The notes beneath the pieces are model-generated. The model made no database searches. It saw only the letters and a list, made by a program, of their open reading frames with translations, and was not told the DNA's origin. DNA of 40,094 nucleotides from a virus, in IMG/VR virus record IMGVR_UViG_3300045988_174260. One strand, given 5' to 3'. The stretch's first letter is position 1; every line of letters starts with the position of its first letter. A program made the translations under genes and the position numbers. This document shows positions 6,312-14,416 of this stretch, piece by piece.

Positions 6312-6878
6312 ATGAAAATAATCGTAGACATAGGGCATGCGCGGAACACAGGAGCGCGAGGGAACGGGCTGGAAGAGCACGCAGTAAGCGAGGAGATAAG
6401 CAAAGAGTTGGTGAGGGAGTTAAAGGCGGCAGGGTATGAGGTAGTTGAGTTGGACTTTCCGCACCTTAGTAACGCGAAGGACTTGGAAGCGACGATAAAA
6501 GAGGCGAATCGGATGGGTTCGGATATAGGAATATCGTTGCACTGCGACAGTGCAAGTCATTGGGTAGGAGGGGAAGAAGAGGCGAACCCTAAGCCGCATG
6601 GAGGGCATGTGTGCTACTATCCTGGGAGCAGTAAGGGGAGGAAGTTGGCAGAGGCGGTAGGAGTGCGTCTTAGCGGGCTATTGCCTGGGCGAGCAGAGGC
6701 AGTGGTAGGGAGGAAGGACTTGGCGGTATTGAGGCGAACAAGGCCGGTATGGATATTGTGTGAGTGTGGATTTATAACGAATCCGGGAGATGCGGAGGTG
6801 ATGAGGGAGCATCCGGAGAAGATAGCGAGGGCGATAAGCGAAGGAGTGAAGGATTATTTGAAATATGCAAGAGATTGA
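6312..6878 (+). CDS. N-acetylmuramoyl-L-alanine amidase (Amidase_3-type), the endolysin.
   Basis: KIIVDIGHARNTGARG...EE, GISLHCDSA and WILCECGFITNPGDAEVM match the Amidase_3 pattern (iviDpGHGg.d.GA...E, fiSiH.Na, vLvE.GFisN..d). Confidence 0.8.
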   Translation: MKIIVDIGHARNTGARGNGLEEHAVSEEISKELVRELKAAGYEVVELDFPHLSNAKDLEATIKEANRMGSDIGISLHCDSASHWVGGEEEANPKPHGGHVCYYPGSSKGRKLAEAVGVRLSGLLPGRAEAVVGRKDLAVLRRTRPVWILCECGFITNPGDAEVMREHPEKIARAISEGVKDYLKYARD

Positions 6879-7356
6879 TAAAGAGGGAGTTGGAGAGCTT
6901 GTGCACAGCATTGCGCACGGGGACAAGTGGGAGGAGGTTGAGGACAGGAAGAGTTGTTGCGTATGGGTAATGAGGAGCAAGGACAAGTTTCTTGTGAGGG
7001 AGGGGGTATTAAAGAAATGGCCGAAAAGGGGCTGGAAGGGGCGAGCATTAAGCAAAGGAGGGAAATGCTATGCGCAATCGGCAGACAGCATATTGAAGGA
7101 GGCAGAGGTAGAATGGGAAAGGAAGCCGGAGTATGCGCACATGTACTATAGCGGGATGCTGGGAGGAAAGGCGGCGAAAGACGCGACGTGTTTTTTAGAG
7201 GAAGCCAGAGTATTTAAGATGCCATTGCCGAGGGGGAGGTATAACAGCGATGCGTGGGAGTTTGTAAGGTGCCGTCTTGTAGAGGAAGTGGTAGAGAAGC
7301 CGATGGACGACGAAATGGACATTTGGTTGAAGTACAGGAGGGACAAATGGTTTTAA
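6865..7356 (+). CDS. Hypothetical protein. Small terminase subunit candidate by position only.
   Basis: A 163-aa ORF immediately upstream of TerL. Its stop overlaps the TerL start region. No motif recognised. Confidence 0.35.
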   Translation: MQEIDKEGVGELVHSIAHGDKWEEVEDRKSCCVWVMRSKDKFLVREGVLKKWPKRGWKGRALSKGGKCYAQSADSILKEAEVEWERKPEYAHMYYSGMLGGKAAKDATCFLEEARVFKMPLPRGRYNSDAWEFVRCRLVEEVVEKPMDDEMDIWLKYRRDKWF

Positions 7357-8927
7357 GTGAAATAATAGAGTTGCTGAAAGACCCGATGTGGCGAATATCC
7401 CATTTGTATGAGATAAAATTGACGGATGGGAACATCATTCCTTATAAGCCGAGGAAGTTTCAGGAGGAGCTTCACAGGGCCTGTTACTGTGAGGGGAAGA
7501 GGAGGTTTTTAATACCTAAGAGTAGGCGGCAGGGTTGCTCTACGGCGATTGGAGTGATGATGGCTGACATGGCGGCGTTTGAGGAGGGGTGGAAGCTGGC
7601 TTTGGTGGACAGGACGTTAGGAGACGCGACGGAAAAGCTTACGGACATTGTGAGGGTAGCGTTGGACAGCTTGAAGAGGAAATTGCCTGGGATGTTCGAC
7701 ATAAGTTACAGCAAATCAAAGATAAACGTTAAGATGGTAGGAAGGAGGTCGAGCGAGATAGTTGGGGGTAAATATTTTCGAGGCAGTGGTCTTGGATTTG
7801 CGCACATATCCGAGCTTGGTACGATTGCGACCAGTGAGCCGAAGCGAGCTGCTGAAATCGTCAACGGCACATTCCCTGCGGCTAAGGATGGCTTTATCTT
7901 TGTGGAGACGACCGTACGAGGGGGGAAGCGAGGGGTATTCTATGAGAACGTGATGAATGCGCTAAGCGTGCCGGAGGGGAAGCGAGGTGAGAAAGATTTC
8001 CATGTAGTGTTTTTGCCGTGGTGGAGCGACGAGAATAATATATCGGAGGGGGTGGAGGAGATAACGCCAGCTACGGAGAGCTACTTTGAGACGCTTAGGA
8101 GCAAGAGCGGGATTGTCGTGACGGAGGCGCAAAAGAGGTGGTGGCAACAGGCCAAGCGGCAACATGGCGTATCAATGAATGAAGAGTACCCGTCCACCTT
8201 GGAAGAGGCTTTTGAGGTCCCTATGGAGGGGGCTATCTTGGAGGCGGTGTTGGACAGGGCCATGCAGGAGGGGGCTTTCAGGAACTTGGTTTACGATAAA
8301 ACGAAGCCGTGTTATTGCACATGGGATTTGGGTGCGCCCCTGAATACGATTAACCTTGTGTTTCAGTTGGACGGCCCCTTTATTAACGTCCTTGAGCTGG
8401 ACAGTGGTTTGCATGCGAGCGAGCGCGTAGCAGAGCGTGTAACGAGGCTTAAAAGCAAATATCCGACCTTACAGGCGAACTTCCTTCCGCATGACGGCGG
8501 GTATATGACGGACACAGGGATGACACAGGCGCAAATGTGGCAGGAGGCAGGGTTGCCGGGCATCCAGTTGTTGCCCAAATCGAAAGACAAATGGATTGGC
8601 ATCAATTACCTTTTAGGGATGTTCAACATGTTTCGGTTTGACACCAACGGTACGAGCAAAGCGTACAGTTACTGGTTGTCCTACAGGTGCAAGCCGGAGG
8701 TGGGAGAGGGAGGCGTGTTTAAGAATGAGATTGTACATGACAACGCATCCCATTGGGCAGACCCGTTGAGGTATGTTGCAGAGGCGAGGATGAACAACCT
8801 GTTGACGGCAGGAGTTGTAACGCAGGACAGCAAAGCCGGGATAACCTGTACCTTTGGGAAATATCATCGTGAGCAAAATGTTGGACATAACTGGCGGCGG
8901 GGGTTTGAGCATACTTGCCGCATCTGA
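7347..8927 (+). CDS. terL: Terminase large subunit (526 aa).
   Basis: PKSRRQGCST is a terminase-type Walker A-like motif (K.RQ.G.S/T). GFAHISE is Walker B-like. The C-terminal half has nuclease-like acidic motifs (CTWDLG, PHDGG, HWADPLRY). It sits just upstream of the portal. I moved the start from 7254 to ATG 7347, which overlaps the end of the upstream ORF. Confidence 0.85.
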   Translation: MVLSEIIELLKDPMWRISHLYEIKLTDGNIIPYKPRKFQEELHRACYCEGKRRFLIPKSRRQGCSTAIGVMMADMAAFEEGWKLALVDRTLGDATEKLTDIVRVALDSLKRKLPGMFDISYSKSKINVKMVGRRSSEIVGGKYFRGSGLGFAHISELGTIATSEPKRAAEIVNGTFPAAKDGFIFVETTVRGGKRGVFYENVMNALSVPEGKRGEKDFHVVFLPWWSDENNISEGVEEITPATESYFETLRSKSGIVVTEAQKRWWQQAKRQHGVSMNEEYPSTLEEAFEVPMEGAILEAVLDRAMQEGAFRNLVYDKTKPCYCTWDLGAPLNTINLVFQLDGPFINVLELDSGLHASERVAERVTRLKSKYPTLQANFLPHDGGYMTDTGMTQAQMWQEAGLPGIQLLPKSKDKWIGINYLLGMFNMFRFDTNGTSKAYSYWLSYRCKPEVGEGGVFKNEIVHDNASHWADPLRYVAEARMNNLLTAGVVTQDSKAGITCTFGKYHREQNVGHNWRRGFEHTCRI

Positions 8928-8952
8928 TGAGGCGTTAAGGCGTGACGCCGGC

Positions 8953-9324
8953 ATGGGACTAAGTGAGGCATGGAAGCTTCATGAGGGAGGCGTGCGGCTT
9001 TATACCGGAAACGGTCTTGTGCTGGGCCACTATTATCGCATCGAACCGGACAATGTACGGGTATGGGGCGAGGCGTCGGAGTTCTTGAGGACAAGACATA
9101 TAGAGGAGGCGTCGGTGAGCTATGAGGAGGCCAATGGCTTCTTTTTCTTTTTAGGGGTTGGAGACTATGTTGGTTTTTTAAGGCACTTGCAATTAAGCCC
9201 GCACATGCAATTTGGTAGTGGACATAGGCACGGGAAGCTGTATGTTTACTCACGTAAGGAGTTAGACTTATATATTAAACTTAAATTAAGGAGGAGTAAA
9301 TGTCAGGCGTTGGACAGGCAGTAG
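8953..9324 (+). CDS. Hypothetical protein (123 aa).
   Basis: The track ORF is 8854..9324. I chose ATG 8953 as the first start after the TerL stop at 8927. Confidence 0.45.
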   Translation: MGLSEAWKLHEGGVRLYTGNGLVLGHYYRIEPDNVRVWGEASEFLRTRHIEEASVSYEEANGFFFFLGVGDYVGFLRHLQLSPHMQFGSGHRHGKLYVYSRKELDLYIKLKLRRSKCQALDRQ

Positions 9325-9596
9325 GAGCAGTTGTCGGGACGGTAATCGCCCCCGGTGTAGGAACAATTATCGGCTCATCTATTGGTGGGCTGACAGACAG
9401 AGCAATCAACAAGAATAAAGACAAGGGGTCATCCGCCCCGGAAGCTCCAAAGCCCGTAGAGCAATACGAAACTCAACAGGAAGCAGTTCGTAGCAAAAAT
9501 GAGGCGAACAGGCGTCGGAGTTCTTTTTCAAATACCTTTGTTGCCTCTAGAGGGATTGGAACAAGTGGCGTAGGCAAAAGCTTTTTAGGCCAATAA
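9300..9596 (+). CDS. Glycine-zipper membrane-active small protein (98 aa).
   Basis: The N-terminus GQAVGAVVGTVIAPGVGTIIGSSIGG contains tandem GxxxG motifs. It has the only strong Shine-Dalgarno site in the late region (AAGGAGGAG 4 nt upstream of the ATG). Confidence 0.65.
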   Translation: MSGVGQAVGAVVGTVIAPGVGTIIGSSIGGLTDRAINKNKDKGSSAPEAPKPVEQYETQQEAVRSKNEANRRRSSFSNTFVASRGIGTSGVGKSFLGQ

Positions 9597-9597
9597 T

Positions 9598-11223
9598 ATG
9601 CTGTACAACAATCAGTTACCAAAGCAGAAGAGGGAACAGCTCTATTCGTATAGACAACGCTATGTATCTAACTGGCAACGAGTTGCGGAGTACGTAGAGC
9701 CGGACCGGAGGTTTAACCTGAACGGGGCTGTGCAGGAGGCTACTCCTAACAATGAGGCCTATATTGACACCACCCTTGAGCGAGCCTTGAGGCTGAACGC
9801 AACAGGCCAGCATGAGCTTGTGATGCCCAAAGCCAGCGAATGGTTTACGTTTACTCCACAAGCTAAGGCGGCAGATGCTGACGAAGTAAGTTCTACTATT
9901 GAGGACGAGTACGCCCTGACGGCAAGGGTAGTGTCCATGTTCATGAGGAACAGCAACCTGCATACAGCCAGCGAGCTTTTCTTCTGGGACAGGGCGGCTT
10001 ATGGCATTGGGGCATTTTGGGCAGAGTGGGACGCGAAGCAAAAGGGGTTTAATTTTTATTCTATACCAGTAGGGACATTCATGGTGGACAAAGACAAATT
10101 TGGCCGGATGAATATGTTTTGCTGGGACGATTGGATGAGGAACCAAGACATTGTGGCTACGTTCCCTGAGGGTAACTTGCCGCAAACTGTTAAGGATAAG
10201 TATATTGCAAACTCTAACAGTCCGGACAACTACCTTGTGTTCCACCTGTTGGAGCGAGTGGAGCGCACCGGAGATGAAGGACTTGTGAGGCGAGCCAAAG
10301 GAAAAGAGTGGGTGCTTCGTTCGGTGTATGACGCTACAGGAGACGTATTGCTTGAGCAATTCTTTGAGCAATGCCCCGTTATCTGTTGCAACTGTTTTGA
10401 TTTGCCTAACTCCCCGTATGGATATGGGTTTGGGAAGGTTTCATTGGCAGACCAGATTGAATTGGTTAATTGCCTTAAGGCTTTGGCAGAGGCGGCCCAA
10501 CAGAAGATTTTCCCGCCGATGCTTGTTCCGGAAGGATTTCAGGGTAATATCGGATATGGAGCGGGCGAGGTAACGACCTTTAACCCGTTGAACATTCAGG
10601 CAAGGCCGTCGCCCCTGTTCCAGCAGTCAGCCCAAACTTCCGATACCCAATGGCAAATTGAGCGTTTTGAGCGTGTCATCAATGAGGCGTGCGACGTTAA
10701 TTTGTTCATGCCGTTGTTGCAGGTGAAAGACCCGCAATACATGAAGGCCACGGTAGCGCAGATGATTGAATCCTACTCTGCCCGCATCAGCTCTACGGCG
10801 TACACGAGGCTGATTGAGCAATTCTTGCGGCCATTGGTTGACTTCTGTTATAATACGCTGGTAGCTCAAGGGTATATTCGTCCCCTGCGTGAGTATCACA
10901 TCCAGTTCTGCACGCCGTTCCAGATTCTTTTGGATAGGCATCAGCCGACGTTGTTCACAGAGTTCCTGCAAACGGTTGTCATTCCTCTGTCTCAAATTGA
11001 CCCGACGGTTCTTGATTCATTGGATGCTAACTATATTTTCCGAAGAAGCATGCTTGATATTGGATTGTCGCCCAAGTATGCTAGGCCTCAAGCTAAGGTG
11101 AACCAGATGCGAAAGGAAAGGGAGGCCGCCCAAAACGAAGCCAACCAGATGGCAAATGCCAAGACATTCTCCGAAGTGCAGAAGAACCTCGGCGCGGCAT
11201 CCAAAGACATGAATATCATTTAA
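9598..11223 (+). CDS. Portal (head-to-tail connector) protein, podovirus T7 gp8-like in size.
   Basis: 541 aa. It lies between TerL and the scaffold and capsid genes. The C-terminal tail is charged and Q/A-rich, as in T7-type connectors. Confidence 0.8.
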   Translation: MLYNNQLPKQKREQLYSYRQRYVSNWQRVAEYVEPDRRFNLNGAVQEATPNNEAYIDTTLERALRLNATGQHELVMPKASEWFTFTPQAKAADADEVSSTIEDEYALTARVVSMFMRNSNLHTASELFFWDRAAYGIGAFWAEWDAKQKGFNFYSIPVGTFMVDKDKFGRMNMFCWDDWMRNQDIVATFPEGNLPQTVKDKYIANSNSPDNYLVFHLLERVERTGDEGLVRRAKGKEWVLRSVYDATGDVLLEQFFEQCPVICCNCFDLPNSPYGYGFGKVSLADQIELVNCLKALAEAAQQKIFPPMLVPEGFQGNIGYGAGEVTTFNPLNIQARPSPLFQQSAQTSDTQWQIERFERVINEACDVNLFMPLLQVKDPQYMKATVAQMIESYSARISSTAYTRLIEQFLRPLVDFCYNTLVAQGYIRPLREYHIQFCTPFQILLDRHQPTLFTEFLQTVVIPLSQIDPTVLDSLDANYIFRRSMLDIGLSPKYARPQAKVNQMRKEREAAQNEANQMANAKTFSEVQKNLGAASKDMNII

Positions 11224-11501
11224 TGATGAGAACAGAAGAAAAGTTGGACGTAGTAAGGATTACCTCTCTTTTAGGAGATGAAATAGAGATTCCCAAAGAG
11301 GTTTACGACAAGGCCAAGGAAGTATTGGATTCCGACAGGGACAAATACATCCTGTTTGTACTCAAGGCTATTGCCAGCGGGAGCAGATATAAGCTTCCAG
11401 CCGCATTGAAATCCCACTTCGATGGAAACAAACTCTTCTACATTGAAGGCATTAACGCACTAATTGAAGTAATAGAAGCATTGTATGAGCGAAAACAATA
11501 A
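11223..11501 (+). CDS. Hypothetical protein (92 aa).
   Basis: Its ATG overlaps the portal stop (TAATGATG). It sits inside the head module. Confidence 0.55.
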   Translation: MMRTEEKLDVVRITSLLGDEIEIPKEVYDKAKEVLDSDRDKYILFVLKAIASGSRYKLPAALKSHFDGNKLFYIEGINALIEVIEALYERKQ

Positions 11502-12375
11502 CCCCTCTACGGGAGACACTACGCAGACACAGCAACCTCCGGCCCAAGAGCAGACGAAGATGCCGGGAACCATGTCATTGAGCGACCCTGCCTTAACTCA
11601 AAAACCGCAGGAACAGTTCACTATTGACAAGATTGTTAATAATGACGGGACGTTTAAGGAGGGCTGGAATTCCTCTGTCGAAGGCGGCGAGAGCTTGTCT
11701 AAGTACAACAATATCAATGACTTAATCAAAGGCTTCGTTAATGCAAACAAGCTTATTGGAAAGAAGCAGGAACAGATTTCCCGCCCCGGAGCAGACGCTA
11801 CGGACGAGCAAAGGAAAGCATGGCGTGAACACTTGGGCGTTCCGGAGAAAGCCGACGACTATCAAGTGCCTGATGAATATAAAGAGACGGTGGATGCGGA
11901 ATCTTTTAAGGAGTTCGCGCAGTTTGCTCACGAACACAACATTCCCGCCGATACCATGCAGGAGCTGTTGCGCTTTCAGGAAAGGTATGCGGCCAAACTT
12001 AATGAAGTAAACGCCAAGCGTATCGAAGAACAGGCGAAGGAAGCCAGGAAATATTTTCAGGCAGAGTGGGGAGGCTTGTATGAGCGCAACTTCAACTTGC
12101 TCAAAGACGGCCTTGTTCGCGCCGGAATTGACATCGAATCCCCGGAGATGTCTGGCGCATTGAACAATCCCTTCATTCTTTCTGCGCTGTTCGACAAGAT
12201 TTCCAGCATGCAGGACGGGACAATGCCTGTTCCCGGGTTCATGAAAGCCAGTGCCAGCGACGCAAAGGAACAAATCATGGGACTGATTAACAAGTATGGT
12301 TCCGTCAACCAGATGCCGCACGACGCAAGGGAGCTGTATCATAGGCTGTTGGCAAACAAAAATATCAAGTGGTAG
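11485..12375 (+). CDS. Scaffolding protein.
   Basis: 296 aa. The N-terminus is polar and low-complexity (Q/T/P-rich) and the body is helical and charged. It lies directly upstream of the major capsid gene, as in T7 gp9-gp10. Confidence 0.65.
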   Translation: MSENNNPSTGDTTQTQQPPAQEQTKMPGTMSLSDPALTQKPQEQFTIDKIVNNDGTFKEGWNSSVEGGESLSKYNNINDLIKGFVNANKLIGKKQEQISRPGADATDEQRKAWREHLGVPEKADDYQVPDEYKETVDAESFKEFAQFAHEHNIPADTMQELLRFQERYAAKLNEVNAKRIEEQAKEARKYFQAEWGGLYERNFNLLKDGLVRAGIDIESPEMSGALNNPFILSALFDKISSMQDGTMPVPGFMKASASDAKEQIMGLINKYGSVNQMPHDARELYHRLLANKNIKW

Positions 12376-12478
12376 TTTTGCATTGCATGCGCAAGCATTC
12401 AGTGGTATATCTACTTCTGCATTAGTGTGAGTTTTTTTACTCCGGTGTTTTGTCTCACACTAAAAAACAAAAAAATAG

Positions 12479-12530
12479 TGGAGGGCTGGGTTTCTTTGTT
12501 CTTCTTTACCAGCCCTCCATTATTTTTATT
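12479..12530 (+). terminator. Intrinsic terminator candidate: 11-bp stem and 19-nt loop followed by TTATTTTTATT.
   Basis: TGGAGGGCTGG (12479-12489) pairs with CCAGCCCTCCA (12509-12519). A T-rich tail follows. Confidence 0.55.
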
Positions 12531-12632
12531 GCATTCTCATGTCAGGCATGGCATATTACACCTGCTGTTGGGAAACAGCACAATATCATCAAAGGGATAA
12601 ATATCGAAGAGCGATAGCATGGAGAAAATGGG

Positions 12633-12672
12633 GCTGGGAACGTAGTGTGATGCGTTCCCAGCTTTCTTTTTT
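12633..12672 (+). terminator. Intrinsic terminator: 10-bp GC-rich stem and 10-nt loop followed by TTTCTTTTTT.
   Basis: GCTGGGAACG (12633-12642) pairs with CGTTCCCAGC (12653-12662), followed by a T-run. Confidence 0.75.
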
Positions 12673-12843
12673 GTTGATTTTATATTATGGTTAAGCTTTC
12701 TTGAGCTTAGAGCAACCCGTTTTGGACACTTGCTTTAACAACCACATAGTTAGAGGACAGCCGTCTTCCTCATTAAACAGCCCTGCTTTAAGGACACCTG
12801 TCGAACACATTGTGACGGTGAGAACTAAAAGTATAATTGAATT

Positions 12844-13836
12844 ATGGCAAATTACGGAAACTTCCAGACGCTTGCTGTAAACGAGTACACGCCCATGATT
12901 TATGCGGCTGTTCAGCAGACGCGTTCCCACACGGAGCGTTTCATGAGGGTTTACGGCATGAATTCCAGACAGCGCAGGTTCCAAATCATTGACCCTGTGA
13001 ACTCCACTCAAATCACCGACCTGTATGGCGCGACTAACCCGCAACAGGCCGAGTTCCGACAGAGGTGGCTTAAGACGAAAATCTTTAAGTCCACTCATGA
13101 AATTTCCCGCACGGAAATGCAACAGGCTGGAACCATTGATTCCCCTCTGCCCCGTATCGTTGACGCCGAACGCATGGAAATGCAACGCCGTCGCGACATG
13201 GTTGCGGTTGAAGGCCTCATTGGCACGGCATGGACTGGTGAGAACGGGGACATCCCTGTGACGTTTAACGAAAAGGCAAACACTATCCCTGTGGGATATG
13301 TGCGGACTGGCACTTACGTTGCGTCCGGTCTGACCTTTGACAAGATTGTGCGGGCCAAGACTATCTTCGGCATGCGCAACGTGCTTGGTCAGGATGTGGA
13401 ACGTCAGGACTTGGGCGGCCCCGAAATGGTGATTCTGTGTACGCATGAAGAACTGGCTGCTCTGTACGGCATCAAGGAATTCACGAATATCCTTTACTCC
13501 GACCAGAGACCCATTGCCAGTGGCTATATTGACAACGTGCTTGGCGTCCGCTTCATTGCTCTGACGGCCGACATGCTCCCGTTTGGCAGTCGTCCGCTTG
13601 GTGATGCGACCGACCCGACCAAGGGTTCTAGCACGGCAAACGTACGAAGCCTTGTCGCTTTCACGATGAACTCTGTTGCCTTTGGCGTGCTTGAAGAGTT
13701 GTTCGTGCGAATCGAAGAGCTTCCGACCAACCAGTATGTATGGCAGACCTACTCTGAAATCGCAATGGGCGCGACCCGAATCGAAGACAAGGGTGTGCTT
13801 AAGATTGACGTGGCGGGTTCTTCCGGCAACTTCTAA
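12844..13836 (+). CDS. Major capsid protein.
   Basis: 330 aa, comparable to the T7 gp10A size class. It is the first gene after the scaffold and a long leader. Its codon usage is balanced. Confidence 0.75.
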   Translation: MANYGNFQTLAVNEYTPMIYAAVQQTRSHTERFMRVYGMNSRQRRFQIIDPVNSTQITDLYGATNPQQAEFRQRWLKTKIFKSTHEISRTEMQQAGTIDSPLPRIVDAERMEMQRRRDMVAVEGLIGTAWTGENGDIPVTFNEKANTIPVGYVRTGTYVASGLTFDKIVRAKTIFGMRNVLGQDVERQDLGGPEMVILCTHEELAALYGIKEFTNILYSDQRPIASGYIDNVLGVRFIALTADMLPFGSRPLGDATDPTKGSSTANVRSLVAFTMNSVAFGVLEELFVRIEELPTNQYVWQTYSEIAMGATRIEDKGVLKIDVAGSSGNF

Positions 13837-13861
13837 TCCAACATAGAAAGGCAAAAAAGTT

Positions 13862-14404
13862 ATGGCAGAATATCCTTCTGTAGCAAAAGCGCAGGTTGAA
13901 GCCGGGATGCCTCCGTATTTGAGTGCACAGCTTCAACGAGGACAGGTCTTGAAAAAGACGATTGTGTACAAGGCAGGGGCTACTGCAACCCCTGCGTCTT
14001 CGACGATTGTTGACCTTCCCCTTCCTCCGGGAGTGGTGATTGACGTTTCCTCAATCGCTCTGACGCATGACGGGGTGGGTGCGGGTACTTACTCGCTCAA
14101 CATCCAAGTTCTAGACAAGGCGGGTAATGCCAAATATTCCGGAACCGGAATGTTGTCTTTGACGGCAACTGCAACCGCAGGAGAAATTGTGAGAGTTACC
14201 TCTACTTCCTCACTATCCCCCGCCGGTGCAATGATTTTTGACCCAGCGCAATATCTTGTCGATAATGGTATCGAGATTGACGGGGAAGGGATTACCTACG
14301 AACGCCTGAAAGAGAAGTACAATATTGCTTGTATCGTCTCTAATACTGCGTCGATCGCGGCCAATAAATCTCTCACCATTGTCATGGACCTAATCATCCC
14401 CTAA
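13862..14404 (+). CDS. Hypothetical virion protein (180 aa), possibly a capsid decoration or accessory protein.
   Basis: It lies between the capsid and adaptor genes. The composition is beta-rich and T/S/A/G-rich. Confidence 0.5.
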   Translation: MAEYPSVAKAQVEAGMPPYLSAQLQRGQVLKKTIVYKAGATATPASSTIVDLPLPPGVVIDVSSIALTHDGVGAGTYSLNIQVLDKAGNAKYSGTGMLSLTATATAGEIVRVTSTSSLSPAGAMIFDPAQYLVDNGIEIDGEGITYERLKEKYNIACIVSNTASIAANKSLTIVMDLIIP

Positions 14405-14416
14405 TCTGAAAAAACA

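Noticed and set aside
4846-7055. Long minus-strand ORFs encoding S/P/L/F-rich low-complexity proteins (4846..5487, 5426..5662, 5729..6403, 5817..6203, 6420..6608, 6678..7055, 6854..7048).
   Set aside because: They are shadows of the purine-rich + strand. The complementary strand is almost pure pyrimidine, so it cannot contain stop codons. The + strand carries a recognisable amidase and operon-style gene packing.
7254-7346. 31-codon N-terminal extension of the terminase ORF.
   Set aside because: It overlaps the upstream 163-aa ORF by about 100 nt. ATG 7347 gives the usual few-nucleotide overlap, and the product begins at a plausible N-terminus (MVLSEIIELL).
12539-12694. 51-codon + strand ORF in the scaffold-capsid gap (MSGMAYYTCCWETAQ...).
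   Set aside because: It reads straight through the strong terminator hairpin at 12633-12672 and has W/R/Y-rich, odd composition. It is more likely non-coding, though a leader peptide cannot be excluded.
12691-13854. 387-aa minus-strand ORF.
   Set aside because: It is exactly antisense to the major capsid gene and has an R/H/G-rich, non-protein-like composition. The + strand ORF fits the head-module synteny. The same reasoning applies to 9616..10371 (antisense to the portal), 11722..12342 (antisense to the scaffold) and the many ORFs of about 60-140 aa antisense to or nested within the 1,430-aa, 650-aa and 2,044-aa genes.
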